64,000 nucleotides of DNA from Clostridiales bacterium (GCA_029066805.1 JAIEFT010000013.1:1167-65166), one strand, 5' to 3'. Counted from the first letter of the stretch, positions 1-10,544 are shown. Notes: generated by a model not told the origin, from the letters alone. Numbers and translations are program-made.

Positions 1-642
1 GCGGTCTACCTTGACCCGCCAATCACCCGCGGTGATCATCGGCTCGACGCATATGCACATTCCCGCTTTGAGCGGCGAGCCCGTGCCGTGCCTGCCGTAG
101 TTGGGGACTTCGGGCGGCTCGTGCATTTTGTGCCCGATGCCGTGACCGGTGAGCGCCCTGACTACGCCGAACCCGTGCAACTCCGTATACAACTGAACCG
201 CGGCGGATATGTCGCCCACCTTGCCGCCCGCCTTGGCGTACTCGATTCCGGCAAAGAACGCCGCTTTTGCCGCGTCCATGAGTTTGATGTCGGCTTCAGA
301 CGCTGTACCTACGGCGAAAGTCCGCGCCGCGTCACCTTGATATCCGTTTAAAAGTGCGGTAATGTCTACAGACACTATGTCGCCGTCCTTGACCGTTTGT
401 AGCGACGGTATTCCGTGGACGACTACGTCGTTGACCGATATGCATGAGGCGTTGGGATAGCCGTGAAAGCCCTTGCTTGACGGCGTTGCACCGTGGCTGC
501 GTATGACTTGCTCGACAACCGCGTCGATCTCCAGTGTTGTCACACCGGGCTTGATGAACTTTTCCGCCTCGACGAGCGCCGCTTTAACTACGCGGCTCGC
601 CGCGCGCATGCCTTCGCGCTCTTTGTCGGACTTGACTATCAT
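1..642 (-). CDS. map: methionine aminopeptidase type I (3' end runs off window)
   Basis: Minus-strand frame is open from ATG 640-642 (ATGA overlap with adk stop) to the window edge. My translation starts MIVKSDKEREGMRAASRVVKAALVEAEKFIKPGV and contains ALTGHGIGHKMHEPPEVPNYG. Position after adk as in spc operons. Confidence 0.85.
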   Translation of the reverse strand, partial: MIVKSDKEREGMRAASRVVKAALVEAEKFIKPGVTTLEIDAVVEQVIRSHGATPSSKGFHGYPNASCISVNDVVVHGIPSLQTVKDGDIVSVDITALLNGYQGDAARTFAVGTASEADIKLMDAAKAAFFAGIEYAKAGGKVGDISAAVQLYTELHGFGVVRALTGHGIGHKMHEPPEVPNYGRHGTGSPLKAGMCICVEPMITAGDWRVKVDR

Positions 643-1256
643 TTAAGCGCTGCCTCGATCGCTTGGTTGACCTGCTCTATCGACTGCATGCCGTCGATGT
701 TTTTGAGCACGCCTTTGTTGTTGTAGTAATCGACGAGCGGTGCGGTGTTCTGTTCATAAACCTTTAAGCGGTTTTCCACAACTTCGCGTTTGTCGTCGTC
801 GCGAATAACGAGTTTATCGCCGCACGCCTTGCAGATGCCGTCGGGCGCGTCCTGCGCACTCGTAGTGTATCCGCACTTGAGGCATACTCTGCGGCTTGCC
901 ATGCGGTCGGCTAACTTGTTAAGATCGGTTACAAGATTGAGCGCTACGTCGATATTGACAATTTTGCCGAGCTCGTCCGCCTGCGCCTTGGTGCGGGGAA
1001 ACCCGTCCAAAAGGAAGCCATTACCGCAGTCAGCCTGCTCTATCCTGTTCTTTAACAGCGCGATAACCAATTCGTCGGGAACAAGCTTGCCCGCGTCCAT
1101 GAACGCCTTGGCTTGCTTTCCCAGCTCAGTGCCGTCCGCTATGTTCTTGCGGAGCAGATCGCCCGTCGAGATATGCGGTATATCGTGTGTCTTGCAGATG
1201 AGCGCCGCTTGCGTGCCTTTGCCGCTGCCCGGCGCACCCATAATTATCAAATTCAT
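639..1256 (-). CDS. adk: adenylate kinase
   Basis: MNLIIMGAPGSGKGTQ P-loop and Cys4 lid (CLKCG...CKACG). Start trimmed from the track ORF (GTG 1367) to ATG 1256, because the upstream part reads through a repeat. Confidence 0.95.
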   Translation of the reverse strand: MNLIIMGAPGSGKGTQAALICKTHDIPHISTGDLLRKNIADGTELGKQAKAFMDAGKLVPDELVIALLKNRIEQADCGNGFLLDGFPRTKAQADELGKIVNIDVALNLVTDLNKLADRMASRRVCLKCGYTTSAQDAPDGICKACGDKLVIRDDDKREVVENRLKVYEQNTAPLVDYYNNKGVLKNIDGMQSIEQVNQAIEAALK

Positions 1257-1289
1257 GTGCTGCTCCATAAAAAGGATTAGTGTTGTTGT

Positions 1290-1428
1290 ACAGAGCGTAT
1301 TTGAGAGTGCGGAGATGCGAGTAAGACAAGGAAGTCCGAGTGGCGGCGAGCGGGAGTGTAGAACCACCTACATGACCCGAGACGCCACGACGGCTGACGC
1401 CGTATTACGACGCATATACGCGCTCGAA
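1290..1428 (-). repeat. structured intercistronic insert (family A-prime) between secY and adk
   Basis: The 173-bp spacer shares aaggaagtccgagYggcgRcga..gggagtgta..tacatgacccgag..cgacggctgacg with 7275-7419. Core hairpin tgtag-aaccac-ctaca at 1357-1372. Confidence 0.7.
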
Positions 1429-1429
1429 A

Positions 1430-2731
1430 TTATTTCAAGAATCCCTTATACTGCTTCATCATCAGCAAGCTCTGCAACTGCTTTTCAAACTCGAGCGCGA
1501 CGGAAACAACGATCAGCATACCTGTTGCCGAAAACGCGTTGACGAGCGAGGAGGTGTTGCCGAGCACTGCGGAAAATATGACCGACGGCACAAGCGCGAT
1601 AAACGCGAGGAAGATTGCGCCGAACAGTGTGAGACGCTTGGAAATTCTGTTGAGATATTCGGTTGTCGGCTTGCCCGGGCGAATGCCGTTGATAAAGCCG
1701 CCGTACTGCTGAATATTGCGCGAGATGTCCTCGGCGTTGAACTCTATGCTCGCATAGAAGTACGAGAAACCGAGAATCAAAAGCGCGACAATAATCGAAT
1801 ATATCCAAGTGCCTGCGCCGAGCCAGGTCATCCACCAGATGTAGAACGAGCTGTTAGGCGCGATCATTTGCGCGATCATTTGCGGAAGCGTAAAAAGCGC
1901 AGTCGCAAAGATAATGGGCATAACGCCGCTGGCATTGACCTTGATGGGAATAAACGTACTCTGTCCGCCGTACTGTTTTCTGCCCTTGATCTGTTTGGCG
2001 TACTGTACGGGAACGCGGCGTTCCGCGCCGTCAATGAACACTATCAGCATGAACACGGCAACAACCATGATTACGAACCCGACGAGTTCCCATATAGCCA
2101 TTTGATCGCCCGCGACCGAGTTCTGTATGGTCGCAACAATGCTCATGCCCGCCGAAGCGATAATACCGATGAATATTAAAAGGCTTATGCCGTTGCCCAC
2201 ACCGTAATCGGTTATGCGCTCGCCCAACCACATGGTGAGCATAGAGCCCATTACCATTACGATTGCGACGAATATGCCGATAAGCCATGTCTGAGTCATC
2301 GGTCCGAACACTTCGTTGGAAAGCGCGCCCGCACGACCGTACGACACAGTGACCGCCGTCGCTTGCGCAACAGCAAGCGCCAATGTGATGTAGCGCGTGA
2401 TTTGCGTTATCTTCTTCTTGCCGTCGTCACCTTGCTTTTGGTATTCCTGCAAGCGCGGTATCGCGGCGGTGAGCAGCTGCAAAATAATTGACGCGTTAAT
2501 ATACGGCGTAATACCTATTGCAAACAGAGCGCCGTTCTGGAGCGCGCTACCCGTAATACCGTTGAGCAAACCCAACAGCCCGTCGGCATTGTTACTCTGA
2601 TAAGCCAACGGGTTGATGCCGGGAATGGGTATCCAGCAGCCCAATCTATATATAAAGAGCAGCGCGAGCGTGATTAGAATCTTCTTGCGCACGTCTTTAT
2701 TTTTGAAAGCGTTTTTTAGCGTTTCAAACAT
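1430..2731 (-). CDS. secY: preprotein translocase subunit SecY
   Basis: 433-aa multi-pass membrane protein with GITPYINASIILQLL. Lies between rplO and adk. TAATG overlap with rplO. Confidence 0.97.
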   Translation of the reverse strand: MFETLKNAFKNKDVRKKILITLALLFIYRLGCWIPIPGINPLAYQSNNADGLLGLLNGITGSALQNGALFAIGITPYINASIILQLLTAAIPRLQEYQKQGDDGKKKITQITRYITLALAVAQATAVTVSYGRAGALSNEVFGPMTQTWLIGIFVAIVMVMGSMLTMWLGERITDYGVGNGISLLIFIGIIASAGMSIVATIQNSVAGDQMAIWELVGFVIMVVAVFMLIVFIDGAERRVPVQYAKQIKGRKQYGGQSTFIPIKVNASGVMPIIFATALFTLPQMIAQMIAPNSSFYIWWMTWLGAGTWIYSIIVALLILGFSYFYASIEFNAEDISRNIQQYGGFINGIRPGKPTTEYLNRISKRLTLFGAIFLAFIALVPSVIFSAVLGNTSSLVNAFSATGMLIVVSVALEFEKQLQSLLMMKQYKGFLK

Positions 2732-3174
2732 TAGATGACCTCGACAGTGCCGCCCGCTTTTTCGATCTTTTCTTTTGCGGAAGCCGTGAACTTAGCCGCC
2801 TTGACGGTCAGTTTTTTGGTGAGTTCGCCGTCGCCCAAAACCTTAAGTCCGTAGGCTTCGACCTTTTTAACCACGCCCGCCTCGACCAAAAGCTTCAGGT
2901 CGACAACAGCTCCGTCGTCGAACATGTTGAGCTTGTCGATGTTGATAACACTGAATTCCTTTTGGAATTTATTGTTAAAGCCGCGCTTGGGAAGACGACG
3001 CATAAGCGTAATCTGTCCGCCCTCGAACCCGGGACGAACGCCGCCACCGCTGCGCGCCCACTGTCCTTTATGACCCTTGCCCGACGTTTTGCCTAAGCCC
3101 GAACCAATTCCGCGACCCAAACGCTTGGCTTTGGTGCGCGAGCCGTCTGCCGGCATAAGTGCGTGCATTTTCAT
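2731..3174 (-). CDS. rplO: 50S ribosomal protein L15
   Basis: [19 protein letters not shown]...GFEGGQ motif. AAGGAGA SD upstream of the ATG. Confidence 0.96.
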   Translation of the reverse strand: MKMHALMPADGSRTKAKRLGRGIGSGLGKTSGKGHKGQWARSGGGVRPGFEGGQITLMRRLPKRGFNNKFQKEFSVINIDKLNMFDDGAVVDLKLLVEAGVVKKVEAYGLKVLGDGELTKKLTVKAAKFTASAKEKIEKAGGTVEVI

Positions 3175-3234
3175 GATTTAAGTCTCCTTTTCTAATAGTT
3201 CTTGTCCGATTGCCGCAAAAGCGACCGACCAAGC

Positions 3235-3441
3235 CTAAGCTTCGGTAACCTCTACGAGGTGAGTGACTACGCGTATCATACCGCGCATTGCAGGGGTATC
3301 CTCTACAACAACGGACTGATGCAGCTTTTTAAGCCCAAGCGCCTCAACGGTGCGCTGCTGCTTGACAAGTCGTCCCGCCGTGCTCTTAACGAGCGTGACC
3401 GTAAGCTTCTTGTTTTCTGTTTTTTCAGCTTTCTTTGCCAT
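3235..3441 (-). CDS. rpmD: 50S ribosomal protein L30
   Basis: [27 protein letters not shown]. Start moved to ATG 3441 (GGAGA SD 5 nt upstream); the track ORF begins at an upstream TTG. Confidence 0.9.
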   Translation of the reverse strand: MAKKAEKTENKKLTVTLVKSTAGRLVKQQRTVEALGLKKLHQSVVVEDTPAMRGMIRVVTHLVEVTEA

Positions 3442-3509
3442 TTTGTTCTCCAATATGGGTCAAGCCCATTTAGATTTTTGTATTACACCATCTCGCAATT
3501 TGCTTTACA

Positions 3510-3669
3510 GTAGGATACGAGCAAGACGGTGCATTTAGATTGCGTTAGCGATTTTTCGCGGTTGCAAGACGCGGCGACGAAGTCGTAGCAGCGCTACGTC
3601 GAGAAGCCGCAACACAGCAAACGCCAAAATCGATAGCAAGATAATGCACAAGGATTGTGAGTATCCTAC
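3510..3669 (-). repeat. structured intercistronic insert between rpsE and rpmD
   Basis: Long-range inverted repeat GTAGGATAC (3510-3518) / GTATCCTAC (3661-3669) plus GTGCATT (3529-3535) / AATGCAC (3643-3649). Internal gcggcgacga + hairpin gtcgtagc-agc-gctacgtc (3582-3600). Confidence 0.6.
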
Positions 3670-4187
3670 AATATCTCATCAACCGTCTTTCCGCGCATGG
3701 CGGCAACTTGGTCTAACGTCCTCAAGCTCTCCAAAGCGTTCATGGTAGCTTTGACAACGTTGATGGGGTTGCGCGAGCCGTAGCACTTGGTTGTGATGTT
3801 GTTTATGCCGCAAAGCTCCAACACCGCACGCACACTGCCGCCGGCGATAACGCCCTTACCTTCGGGAGCGGGACGGAGCAGCACCTTACTGCAAGAGAAC
3901 TCGCCGATCGTTTCGTGCGGAATAGCCGTGCCGTTAAGCGCGATCTTTTTCATATCGCGGCGAGCCGCCTGCTCTGCCTTTTTGATAGCTTCGGGGACTT
4001 CGGTGGCCTTGCCCATGCCGATACCCACTCTGCCTTTACCGTCGCCCGCAACCACGAGCGCCGCAAAGCTGCTGTTGCGACCGCCTTTAACGACCTTGCT
4101 GACTCTACGCGTAGTGACAAGCTTGGTCTTGATGCCGTCGTCGACAACTTCTTTTTCTCTTTTCTTTCTGAATTCTTCGCGTGCCAT
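3666..4187 (-). CDS. rpsE: 30S ribosomal protein S5
   Basis: VSKVVKGGRNSSFAALVVAGDGKGRVGIGMGKA. Conserved operon position. Confidence 0.96.
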   Translation of the reverse strand: MAREEFRKKREKEVVDDGIKTKLVTTRRVSKVVKGGRNSSFAALVVAGDGKGRVGIGMGKATEVPEAIKKAEQAARRDMKKIALNGTAIPHETIGEFSCSKVLLRPAPEGKGVIAGGSVRAVLELCGINNITTKCYGSRNPINVVKATMNALESLRTLDQVAAMRGKTVDEIL

Positions 4188-4196
4188 GATGCTCTC

Positions 4197-4559
4197 CTAA
4201 AACTTTAATCCCGCAGCACGAGCCGCGTCGGCGAGCGCTTTGACTCTGCCGGTGTAAAGGTAACCGCCGCGGTCAAACACCACTTCGGTAATACCCTTGT
4301 CTTGCGCCTTTTTAGCAACGTCGCCACCGACGTATTCCGCCTGCTGTGTTTTGGTTTTGCCGGCAATATCCGCGCCCTTTACGAGCGTGCTGCTGCTGCA
4401 AAGCGTAACGCCTTTTTCATCGTCGATTACCTGAGCGTAAATGTGGCTGGTCGAACGGTAGACTGCAAGTCTCGGACGAGCAGCCGTGCCCTTAACGTCA
4501 TGGCGCAACCGCACGTGACGCTTCATACGAATTTTGTTTTTATCAATCTTCTTAATCAT
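4197..4559 (-). CDS. rplR: 50S ribosomal protein L18
   Basis: [23 protein letters not shown]...[26 protein letters not shown]. Confidence 0.96.
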   Translation of the reverse strand: MIKKIDKNKIRMKRHVRLRHDVKGTAARPRLAVYRSTSHIYAQVIDDEKGVTLCSSSTLVKGADIAGKTKTQQAEYVGGDVAKKAQDKGITEVVFDRGGYLYTGRVKALADAARAAGLKF

Positions 4560-4570
4560 TTGCCACTCTC

Positions 4571-5116
4571 CTATTTCTTGCCTGCGGTCTTAGCCTCTTT
4601 GCGGAGGACTTTTTCCGTGCTGTAGTGCAGACCGTAGCCATGGTACGGTTCTACAGGGCGCTTGGACTTGATTTGCGCCGCAACCTCGCCGACAAACTCC
4701 TTGTCGATGCCGCTGACAACAATGGTGAGCGGATCGGGGCAAGCGATGGAAACGCCGCCGGGAATAACGTATTCGACGGGCTTGCTGTAGCCGATGTTCA
4801 TTATGAGTTTGTTGCCCGTGACTGCGCACTTGTAACCGACGCCTGCCACAATGAGCGTTTTGGTAAACGCCGTCTGAACGCCTGCAACCATGTTGGCAAT
4901 GAGCTGACGATACAAGCCGTGGTACGCTCTTGTCTGCTTGTCGTCGTTGGCGCGCTCAACATTGACCACGCCCGAACCTACAACCACGTTTATATCCTTG
5001 CACTTTATTTCCTGTTTGAGCTCGCCAAGCTTGCCTTTTACCGTGACAACGCCGTTTTCGAACGTGACGGTAACGCCTGCGGGCACATCAATATGCTTTC
5101 TGCCTATACGCGACAT
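4571..5116 (-). CDS. rplF: 50S ribosomal protein L6
   Basis: [18 protein letters not shown]. Start at ATG 5116 behind AGGAGG. Confidence 0.95.
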   Translation of the reverse strand: MSRIGRKHIDVPAGVTVTFENGVVTVKGKLGELKQEIKCKDINVVVGSGVVNVERANDDKQTRAYHGLYRQLIANMVAGVQTAFTKTLIVAGVGYKCAVTGNKLIMNIGYSKPVEYVIPGGVSIACPDPLTIVVSGIDKEFVGEVAAQIKSKRPVEPYHGYGLHYSTEKVLRKEAKTAGKK

Positions 5117-5126
5117 ACTGCCCCTC

Positions 5127-5522
5127 CTACCATACATAGGCGAGCACTTCGCCGCCTACTTTGAGCTCGCGCGCTTTTTTGTCGGTCATGACGCCGCGCG
5201 AAGTGGAAATGATAGCAATCCCGTAACCGCCGAGCACCTTGGGCAGGTCCTCACAGCCGCAGTAAACGCGCAAGCCGGGCTTGGAAATGCGTTTAAGATT
5301 GGTTATGGCGTTGCGGTTATCGCTGTATTTGAGCACAACTTTAATGTTGCTGTGACCCTGTTCCTCAACAACCTCACCCGACGCCACAAAGCCTTCGGCG
5401 ACAAGAATATCGACTATAGCCTTTTTCATCTTGGACGCGGGTATGGAAACGGTATCGTGTCTTGCAGTAATAGCATTACGGATTCTCGTGAGCAAATCCG
5501 CGATAGGATCTGTTGTAACCAT
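5127..5522 (-). CDS. rpsH: 30S ribosomal protein S8
   Basis: [17 protein letters not shown]. Start at ATG 5522 behind GGAGGA; the track ORF is over-extended. Confidence 0.95.
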   Translation of the reverse strand: MVTTDPIADLLTRIRNAITARHDTVSIPASKMKKAIVDILVAEGFVASGEVVEEQGHSNIKVVLKYSDNRNAITNLKRISKPGLRVYCGCEDLPKVLGGYGIAIISTSRGVMTDKKARELKVGGEVLAYVW

Positions 5523-5536
5523 TTTGTACCTCCTCC

Positions 5537-5722
5537 TTACCAGCTCGACTTCTTTACGCCGGGGATTTCTCCCTTGTACGCAAGTTCGCGAAAGCAAATT
5601 CTGCAAATGCCGTACTTTCTGAGCACGGAATGCGGACGACCGCAAATATTGCAACGCGTGTACGCGCGAGTGCTGTACTTGGGCGTTTTTTGCTGTTTAT
5701 TTATCATCGCTTTTTTAGCCAT
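5537..5722 (-). CDS. rpsN: 30S ribosomal protein S14, zinc-binding type Z
   Basis: 61 aa with CNICGRP...CRIC Cys4. Confidence 0.95.
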   Translation of the reverse strand: MAKKAMINKQQKTPKYSTRAYTRCNICGRPHSVLRKYGICRICFRELAYKGEIPGVKKSSW

Positions 5723-5732
5723 AATTTTCTCC

Positions 5733-6359
5733 TTAATTCTTGAACGGCATGCCGAGCTTGGTAAGCAACACCTTTGCTTCTTCGTCGGTAGCGGCAGTAG
5801 TAACGATGTCTACGTCAAAACCTCTGATCTTTTCGATAAGCTCATACGAGATTTCGGGGAAAATCGTCTGATCCTTAATGCCGAGCGCATAGTTGCCTCT
5901 GCCGTCAAAGGACTTGCCGGAAATGCCGCGGAAGTCGCGCACGCGCGGGAGCGCGATAGATACAAGCCTGTCTAAAAACTCGTATGCCATTTCGCCGCGA
6001 AGCGTAACCTTAATCGCTATGGACTGACCTTCGCGCAGCTTGAAGTTACTGACCGACTTTTTGGCCTTTACCAAAACGCTGCGTTGTCCCGAAATAGCGT
6101 CAAGCTCGGCTTGCGCAAGCTGAATGCTTTTGGAATTGTCCTTAATATCGCCCAAGCGCATGTTAAGCACTATCTTTTCGATTTTGGGGACTTGATTGAT
6201 ATTTTTGTAGCCACGCTCCTTCATGAGCTGCGGGACTATTTCCGCTTTGTAACGCTTTTTCAGGCGGTATCTGTCCGGATTGTCCGATTTAACAGGTCTG
6301 CCTGCTTTTGCTGACGCTATGGGCGCTTTGTCCTTGGCCTTGGTCGCTTTTTCTGCCAT
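5733..6359 (-). CDS. rplE: 50S ribosomal protein L5 with ~28-aa basic N-terminal extension
   Basis: [17 protein letters not shown]...VLNMRLG core. The ATG at 6359 has an AAGGAG SD, so the extension [28 protein letters not shown] looks real. Confidence 0.93.
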   Translation of the reverse strand: MAEKATKAKDKAPIASAKAGRPVKSDNPDRYRLKKRYKAEIVPQLMKERGYKNINQVPKIEKIVLNMRLGDIKDNSKSIQLAQAELDAISGQRSVLVKAKKSVSNFKLREGQSIAIKVTLRGEMAYEFLDRLVSIALPRVRDFRGISGKSFDGRGNYALGIKDQTIFPEISYELIEKIRGFDVDIVTTAATDEEAKVLLTKLGMPFKN

Positions 6360-6372
6360 TACCGTTTACTCC

Positions 6373-6882
6373 TTACTCTGTTTTACCGTCGGTACTCTGT
6401 TCGACGGGAACTTCTTTTGTTTCGGCCTTTTTGGTCTTTTTAGCCGTTTTTGTGCCTTCCTTTTTCGCCTTGGTTTCTTCCTCGGCTACTTCGGATTCGG
6501 CTTTTTTAGCCTTTTTTTCGGCTGCCTTTTTGGCTTTTTTGTCGGCTTTTTCTACCTTTAACGCCGCGTCGAGGCTAGCGCCGCACTTGGCGCAGATCCT
6601 CGCGTTTTTGCCGTCAACTTCCTGATGACGAATACGCACGCTCTTTCCGCACGACGGGCAGATTATCTGAACGTTGCTGGCAGCAAGCGGCGCTTCCACC
6701 TTTTTCCTTCCGCCCTGCTCGGTAGCTGAGCGCGGCTTGATGTGGTGAGTAGCAATGTTAACGCCCTCAACAAGTACCATCTGCGTTTTGGGATCGGTAG
6801 CCAAAACTTTGCCGGTCTTGCCCTTGTCCTTGCCGGTCAAAACCTTTACGTTATCGCCTTTTCTTACATGAAGATTGTTCAT
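6373..6882 (-). CDS. rplX: 50S ribosomal protein L24 (Cys4 zinc-ribbon form) with ~65-aa Lys/Ala/Glu-rich C-terminal tail
   Basis: KOW motif VRKGDNVKVLTGKDKGKTGKV and CPSCG...CAKCG. 169 aa, versus my recollection of ~100-105 aa for typical L24. Confidence 0.93.
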   Translation of the reverse strand: MNNLHVRKGDNVKVLTGKDKGKTGKVLATDPKTQMVLVEGVNIATHHIKPRSATEQGGRKKVEAPLAASNVQIICPSCGKSVRIRHQEVDGKNARICAKCGASLDAALKVEKADKKAKKAAEKKAKKAESEVAEEETKAKKEGTKTAKKTKKAETKEVPVEQSTDGKTE

Positions 6883-6893
6883 GAGATCCTCCG

Positions 6894-7262
6894 TTAAAGT
6901 ACTTCGGGCGCCAAAGATATTATCTTTGTAAAGTCGCGGTCGCGCAGCTCACGCGCGATTGGTCCGAATATACGAGTGCCGCGCGGCTGCTTTTGGTTGT
7001 CTATAATTACGGCGGCGTTGTCGTCAAAACGGATATGCGATCCGTCGGGACGGTTTACGCCCTGGTGCGTGCGCACGATAACAGCCTTAACAACGTCACC
7101 CTTTTTAACGGTGCCGCCCGGCTGTGCGGACTTGACCGACGCAGTGATAATATCGCCGATATTGCCGCTCTTGCGCAAACTGCCGCCCATAACCTGTATG
7201 CACATTATTTCTTTCGCGCCGGTATTGTCGGCGACTTTAAGATACGATTGGGGTTGTATCAT
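6894..7262 (-). CDS. rplN: 50S ribosomal protein L14
   Basis: [22 protein letters not shown]. Confidence 0.97.
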   Translation of the reverse strand: MIQPQSYLKVADNTGAKEIMCIQVMGGSLRKSGNIGDIITASVKSAQPGGTVKKGDVVKAVIVRTHQGVNRPDGSHIRFDDNAAVIIDNQKQPRGTRIFGPIARELRDRDFTKIISLAPEVL

Positions 7263-7274
7263 GATTTCTCATGT

Positions 7275-7419
7275 TCTCCTTTACAGAATTGCTTTTGAAT
7301 TCGCAGTCGCTCGCAAGAGAAGGAAGTCCGAGCGGCGACGACGGGGAGTGTACTTCGCGTACATGACCCGAGGCGACGCGATGGCTGACGAACTATTGCG
7401 AGATGAATGCGATTTCAAA
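7275..7419 (-). repeat. structured intercistronic insert (family A-prime) between rpsQ and rplN
   Basis: 157-bp spacer, sibling of 1290-1428. Hairpin tgtac-ttcgc-gtaca at 7349-7363 replaces tgtag-aaccac-ctaca (compensatory change). Outer stem gaattcgca.../...tgcgatttc. Confidence 0.7.
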
Positions 7420-7680
7420 TTATTTAGCCTTTTCTACAATCTTGCTAACGCGCCAGCACTTATCCTTGGAAATAGGACGAGTTTCGACGATCTCTACTCT
7501 GTCGCCGACGCCGCACTCGTTGTTCTCGTCGTGCGCCTTAAACTTTTTGGTGCGGGTGACCGTCTTTTTGTAAAGCGGGTGCTTGTACTTTTCCACGACG
7601 GACACGACAACCGTTTTGTCCATTTTATCGGATACGACCACGCCTTCACGCGTCTTTCTGTCGTTACGTTCGATTTCCAT
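7420..7680 (-). CDS. rpsQ: 30S ribosomal protein S17
   Basis: [29 protein letters not shown]. Confidence 0.96.
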   Translation of the reverse strand: MEIERNDRKTREGVVVSDKMDKTVVVSVVEKYKHPLYKKTVTRTKKFKAHDENNECGVGDRVEIVETRPISKDKCWRVSKIVEKAK

Positions 7681-7886
7681 TACTTAGCCTCCTTGTTAGC
7701 GCGGAGCTCACGTTCTCTTATGACCGTCTTTACGCGCGCTATGTCGCGGCGGACGTTCTGGATCTGCTTGGGGTTGGCAAGCTGACCTGTCGCGTTGGAA
7801 AACCTAAGGTTGAACAGCTCGGTTTTAAGCGACGCCAGCTTCTGTTGCAACTCGTCATCTCTTAACTCATGAACTTTCTCTTTCAT
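7680..7886 (-). CDS. rpmC: 50S ribosomal protein L29
   Basis: [22 protein letters not shown]. Confidence 0.95.
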   Translation of the reverse strand: MKEKVHELRDDELQQKLASLKTELFNLRFSNATGQLANPKQIQNVRRDIARVKTVIRERELRANKEAK

Positions 7887-8341
7887 TATTCAACCTCCTC
7901 TTTTGCCTGTGCCTGTGCCTCGGCCTCTTCAAGCTCGCGCTTGACGACTATTTTGCAGCGCACGGGCAGTTTGTACGAAGCAAGCCTAAGCGCTTCGCGT
8001 GCAATCGGTTCTGCCACGCCCGCCATTTCAAACATGACAGTGCCCGGTTTTACGACTGCCGCCCAGTACTCGGGCGCGCCTTTACCGCTACCCATACGGG
8101 TGTCGGCAGGCTTTTTGGAATACGGCTTGTGCGGGAAGATATCGATCCACACTTTGCCGCCACGCTTGGTGTAACGCGTCATTGCGACACGCGCCGCCTC
8201 GATCTGATTGGAAGTGATCCTGCCCGGATCTTCGCTGACCAGTGCGTACTCGCCGTAAGAAATCTTGTTGCCGCGAGTAGCCTTGCCTTTCATTCTGCCG
8301 CGCTGAACTCTGCGGTGTTTAACCTTGTTGGGACTTAACAT
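7886..8341 (-). CDS. rplP: 50S ribosomal protein L16
   Basis: [19 protein letters not shown]... Confidence 0.96.
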   Translation of the reverse strand: MLSPNKVKHRRVQRGRMKGKATRGNKISYGEYALVSEDPGRITSNQIEAARVAMTRYTKRGGKVWIDIFPHKPYSKKPADTRMGSGKGAPEYWAAVVKPGTVMFEMAGVAEPIAREALRLASYKLPVRCKIVVKRELEEAEAQAQAKEEVE

Positions 8342-9018
8342 TATTCGCCCTCCTTGTTATCGGCTGCCGGAGCAGGTGCAGGGGTCGCGCCCAAAACGTC
8401 GCCCTTGTAGATCCACACCTTGACGCCCAAAACGCCGAACGTGGTGCGCGCAATGCAGTAACCGTAATCGATATCCGCACGCAACGTTTGCAGAGGTATA
8501 GAACCTTCTTGGTAGTGCTCGGCACGCGCGATTTCCGCGCCGTCAAGCCTGCCGCCGACCATGACCTTAACACCTTTCGCGCCGGCGTGCATAGCCTTAC
8601 TCATGGCTTGCTTCATGGTGCGACGGAAGAACGCGCGCTTCTCCAGCTGTGCCGCGATGTTTTCCGCAAGGAGCTTGGCGTTGAGGTCGGGATGCTTAAC
8701 CTCTATGATATTGACGTAAATCTTTTTGCCGCCGACAAGTCGCTCGAGGTTCTTTTTGAGCTCGTCGATGCCGACGTGCTTTTGACCGATGATCTTGCCG
8801 GGGAACTGTGCATGAATAGAAACCTGCACCTTGCCCTGGGGACGTTCTATAACGACCTTGCTGATGCCGCAGGATTTATATTTATTCTCGATATGCTCAC
8901 GAATCTTGTGGTCTTCGATAAGGAATGCGGCAAACTCGTCCTTACCCGCATACCATTGGGAATTCCACTTTTCGATGATGCCGACGCGCAAACCGTGGGG
9001 ATTGACTTTTTGACCCAT
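8341..9018 (-). CDS. rpsC: 30S ribosomal protein S3
   Basis: [14 protein letters not shown]... Confidence 0.97.
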   Translation of the reverse strand: MGQKVNPHGLRVGIIEKWNSQWYAGKDEFAAFLIEDHKIREHIENKYKSCGISKVVIERPQGKVQVSIHAQFPGKIIGQKHVGIDELKKNLERLVGGKKIYVNIIEVKHPDLNAKLLAENIAAQLEKRAFFRRTMKQAMSKAMHAGAKGVKVMVGGRLDGAEIARAEHYQEGSIPLQTLRADIDYGYCIARTTFGVLGVKVWIYKGDVLGATPAPAPAADNKEGE

Positions 9019-9020
9019 GA

Positions 9021-9413
9021 TTAATTGTCCTCCTTGGTGTCGAGAATAACGGTGATGTGGCTTGTGCGCTTAAGGATGTGGTGCGCTCTGCCCTTGCTGA
9101 CCGGCTGATAACGCTTGAGCGTAGGACCTTGATCGGCATACGCTTCCGCTACATACAAATCGTCAACCGACAGCCCGTTGTTGTGTTCGGCGTTGGCAGC
9201 GGCGGAATTCAATACCTTGAATACCTGCTCGCTCGCCGCTTTGGGCGTGGCCTGGAGTATAGCCATGGCTTCCGATACCGACCTGCCGCGAATAAGCGCG
9301 AGCACAATGCGAACCTTGTCGGGAGCAATGCGCACATGCTTGGCAGTGGCGTGAGGACGTTTTTCGCGCAACTGCTCTACGCGCTGCGCTTTTTCTTTCA
9401 TTCTTGTTGCCAT
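9021..9413 (-). CDS. rplV: 50S ribosomal protein L22
   Basis: [30 protein letters not shown]. Confidence 0.95.
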   Translation of the reverse strand: MATRMKEKAQRVEQLREKRPHATAKHVRIAPDKVRIVLALIRGRSVSEAMAILQATPKAASEQVFKVLNSAAANAEHNNGLSVDDLYVAEAYADQGPTLKRYQPVSKGRAHHILKRTSHITVILDTKEDN

Positions 9414-9424
9414 AACGTATCTCC

Positions 9425-9703
9425 TTATCTACCCTTGGTCGTCTTTTCGCCGCCGTGACCGGTGAAGGTACGAGTGGGCGCAAATTCGCCAAGCTTGTGT
9501 CCGACCATGTCGGTGGTGACATATACCGGCACAAACTTCTTGCCGTTGTGTACGGCAAAGGTAAGACCTATAAACTGCGGGAATATGGTGGAAGCGCGCG
9601 ACCACGTTTTGATGGGACGCTTATCCGCTACCGCCGCCATCGCCTCGGCTTTTTTCATAAGCTTGGCGTCAACATAATAACCTTTTTTAGTCGATCTTGA
9701 CAT
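9425..9703 (-). CDS. rpsS: 30S ribosomal protein S19
   Basis: [12 protein letters not shown]...[21 protein letters not shown]. Confidence 0.97.
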   Translation of the reverse strand: MSRSTKKGYYVDAKLMKKAEAMAAVADKRPIKTWSRASTIFPQFIGLTFAVHNGKKFVPVYVTTDMVGHKLGEFAPTRTFTGHGGEKTTKGR

Positions 9704-9716
9704 TTTTTAACGCTCC

Positions 9717-10544
9717 TTAATTAACGCGTTTGACAATAAACTTGTCGGAAGCCTTGTGCTTGGATCTTGTCTTCTTGCCCAGAGTCGGCTTGCCCCAAGG
9801 GGAAACAGGACTGGGTCTGCCTATCGGGCTCTTACCTTCGCCACCGCCGTGAGGGTGGTCGCAGGGGTTCATAACCACACCGCGGACGGTGGGTTTAACG
9901 CCCATGTGGCGTTTTCTGCCCGCTTTGCCCAAGGAAACAAGCTCGTGGTCGAGGTTGCCCACCTGTCCGACCGTAGCTTTGCAGCGCTGAAGCACCATGC
10001 GCATTTCGCCGGATGGAAGCCTGAGCGTTGCGTACTTGCCTTCCTTAGCCATAAGCTGCGCCGCCGCACCCGCCGAGCGAACCATCTGTCCGCCTCTGCC
10101 CGGTAGCATCTCTATGTTATGCACAAGCGTACCTACGGGAATATTGGCAAGCGGCAAGCAGTTGCCTGCTTTGATATCCGCATTTTCGCCGGATATGACC
10201 TTGTCGCCCTTCTGAAGTCCGACGGGTGCAAGGATGTACCGTTTTTCGCCGTCCGCGTAAGACAAAAGCGCTATAAACGCCGTGCGGTTGGGATCGTATT
10301 CCACGGTAGCGACGCGCGCTTCGATATTGTCCTTGTTGCGCTTGAAGTCTATAACGCGGTACTTTTGACGGTTGCCGCCGCCGATGTGACGAACGGTAAT
10401 CTTGCCCGAAAAGTTGCGTCCGCCGTGACGGCTCTGCTCTCTTAAAAGCGGCTTGTACGGCTTGTCGCCTGTAAGCTCGGGTGCGGCAATAACGGTTTTG
10501 AACCGCGAGCCCGGCGTAATCGGTTTATATCTCTTAATAGCCAT
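9717..10544 (-). CDS. rplB: 50S ribosomal protein L2
   Basis: [15 protein letters not shown]...[14 protein letters not shown]. Confidence 0.97.
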   Translation of the reverse strand: MAIKRYKPITPGSRFKTVIAAPELTGDKPYKPLLREQSRHGGRNFSGKITVRHIGGGNRQKYRVIDFKRNKDNIEARVATVEYDPNRTAFIALLSYADGEKRYILAPVGLQKGDKVISGENADIKAGNCLPLANIPVGTLVHNIEMLPGRGGQMVRSAGAAAQLMAKEGKYATLRLPSGEMRMVLQRCKATVGQVGNLDHELVSLGKAGRKRHMGVKPTVRGVVMNPCDHPHGGGEGKSPIGRPSPVSPWGKPTLGKKTRSKHKASDKFIVKRVN

